Of a stretch of DNA of 64,000 bases, positions 62,340-64,000 are shown one piece after another. Source of the stretch: Sphyrna mokarran (taxonomy: Eukaryota). Where the stretch lies: the NCBI GenBank assembly GCA_024679065.1, contig JAGIQG010000009.1, positions 99,882,001-99,946,000 of the forward strand. The letters are read 5' to 3'. The notes beneath the pieces were generated by a model. The model searched no databases and was not told the DNA's origin. It saw only the letters and a list, made by a program, of their open reading frames with translations. The first letter of the stretch is position 1. Each line of letters opens with the position of its first letter. A program made the position numbers and the translations under genes.

Positions 62340-64000
62340 GGTGGACAGAGTACCCTTTTTTGTCCAGTACTTCCCCAGAGCGGAGAAGCTACGACATCTT
62401 CTCCAGAGTCTTCAACATATCATTGATATGTTGGCTAGGTTGGCTAGGGGGTGGGGATGGCTAGGGCCATCACCCCCCCCCCCCCCCCCCCCGCACCACT
62501 TCTTGCTTTCAGACAACCGCACAACCTCAAACAGATCATTGTTCGCAGATTTACTATCAAATAAACCTGTTGGATTTAAAATTGGTGTTGCCAGATTCTT
62601 ACTGAGTTTACCCTAGTCCAACACCGGCATCTCTACGTTTGAAAGATAACACAGGAGATAGGAGAAGTGGGTTTGCTACATTTTTCATTTGGGCAAACAT
62701 CTGAGCAGTACTGAGAGGGGATATATCTAAGTGTTCGCCCACTGAGTCTATATAGGGAGAACTGAGAAATAAAGAGGGAGAGGTCACGTTCATAGATTGT
62801 TCTATAGGCCTGTAACTAGTGAGCAAAAAAGTTGAGGAACAGATATATATTACAGATAACGCCAAGAAAACTAGGATGGTAATCGTAGGGAATTTTAACT
62901 TTCCCAGCACTGATTGGGACAGACATTGTATTGAAGGCTTGGATGGAGGAAACGAAATGTTGAATGCATTCAGGAGCAATGTTTCATTCAGTATGTGATT
63001 GGTCCGACTAGAGAAGGGGCAAAATGTGACCTCCTCTTGGGCCATAAGGAAGCTGGGTGACAGAAGCGGTATTGAGGGATAACTCTTGGAACAATGACCA
63101 TAATCCCATTAATTCTAAGAAAGTTATAGAGAACAATAAGTCTGACCCAAAAATCAAAATTCTGAACTCGGAAAAGGCCCATTTTGACGATATCAGGCAA
63201 TGACATTCAACAAGTAATTGGGGATTCCACTGGCAAGCAAAGGGACGTGTGGTGAGTGAGAGACTTTCAAACTTGTGTCAATCAGATTAAGGGTAAATGC
63301 ACTTCCCTTAGAATGAAGGGCAACATTGGTAGAAGAACGGGACCTGACTGACTCGGGTGTTGAGTCCTGGTTAAGAAGAAGAGAGAGGATCATGGTATGC
63401 AGTTGGTATCAAATAGATTCCTTAACAAGTATAGAGGGTGCAGAAGGAGAGTTAAGAGAAAAATTGGAAAGGCAAAAAGGGGACACGAGATTCCTTTAGT
63501 AGATAAGGCAAAGTAGAATCCAAAGAAATTAAACAAATACATAAATGGCAAAATAGTAACTAGAGACTGAATATGACCTTTAAAGGATTTAGTGAGATCC
63601 TAAATGAATATTTCTCATCCGTATTTACTGTTGAGAAAAGTATGGATGATAGGGAACTTGGGGAAATAAATAGTGATGTCCTGAAAAGTGTACAAATAAC
63701 AAAGAAGGAGGTGCTGAAAGTCTTAAAGCGCACCAAGATAAATAAATCACAGGGACCTGATGAAGTGGTCCGAGGACATTGTGAGAAGCTAGGGTTGAAA
63801 ATGAGAGTTCCCCTAACAGAGATATTTGGATCATCGACAGTCACAGGTGGGATGCCTGAAGAATAGAGGGTGACAAATTTTATGCCTCTGTTTAGAAAGG
63901 GCTGCAGGGAAAAGCAACAACAGGTCGGTGAGGCTCACATTTGTAGGGGGGAAATTATTTGAAGGTTTTCTGAGAGACAGGATCTACAGCATCTAGAGGG

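Larger units (their letters stand above)
61447..62636 (-). mobile_element. Penelope-like element copy 2, non-autonomous, with inverted 5' portion
   Basis: Highly similar to copy 1. Minus-sense 61447-~62313, then mostly plus-sense segments to 62636; ~68-bp inverted repeat 61447-61514 / 62543-62610. Confidence 0.93.
60168..64000 (+). mobile_element. Long decayed CR1 LINE (ORF1 + ORF2), interrupted by PLE copy 2, runs off the window
   Basis: ORF1 Zn-finger and esterase followed by APE motifs (FNAR, MAVTE.W, QDWQLN.PG, VIVGNFNFP, NDH) and the pre-RT region (ILNEYFSSVFT, KSQGPDEV). The 5'UTR likely extends upstream of 60168. Confidence 0.92.

Overview
Repeat-rich, AT-rich vertebrate genomic DNA, most likely from a shark or other elasmobranch (inferred from the repeat families). 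I could not support any host protein-coding gene, so the window looks intergenic or deep-intronic. It is dominated by CR1 LINE fragments of different ages, including two long decayed copies that retain ORF1 (esterase; also a Zn-finger in the 60.2 kb copy) and ORF2. It also holds tRNA-derived SINEs sharing the CR1 3' tail, MITE-like TIR elements and a Rex1/Babar-type fragment. Two non-autonomous Penelope-like elements (PLEs) encode a GIY-YIG endonuclease domain. Highlights: (1) each PLE carries a minimal type I hammerhead ribozyme with compensatory base changes between the copies; (2) PLE copy 2 has an inverted terminal segment starting at the predicted self-cleavage site; (3) an unexplained ~950-bp fold-back structure (~177-bp inverted arms) encloses an array of overlapping palindromes built from one 12-mer. 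Boundaries of old repeats were read by eye and are approximate; no database searches were run.
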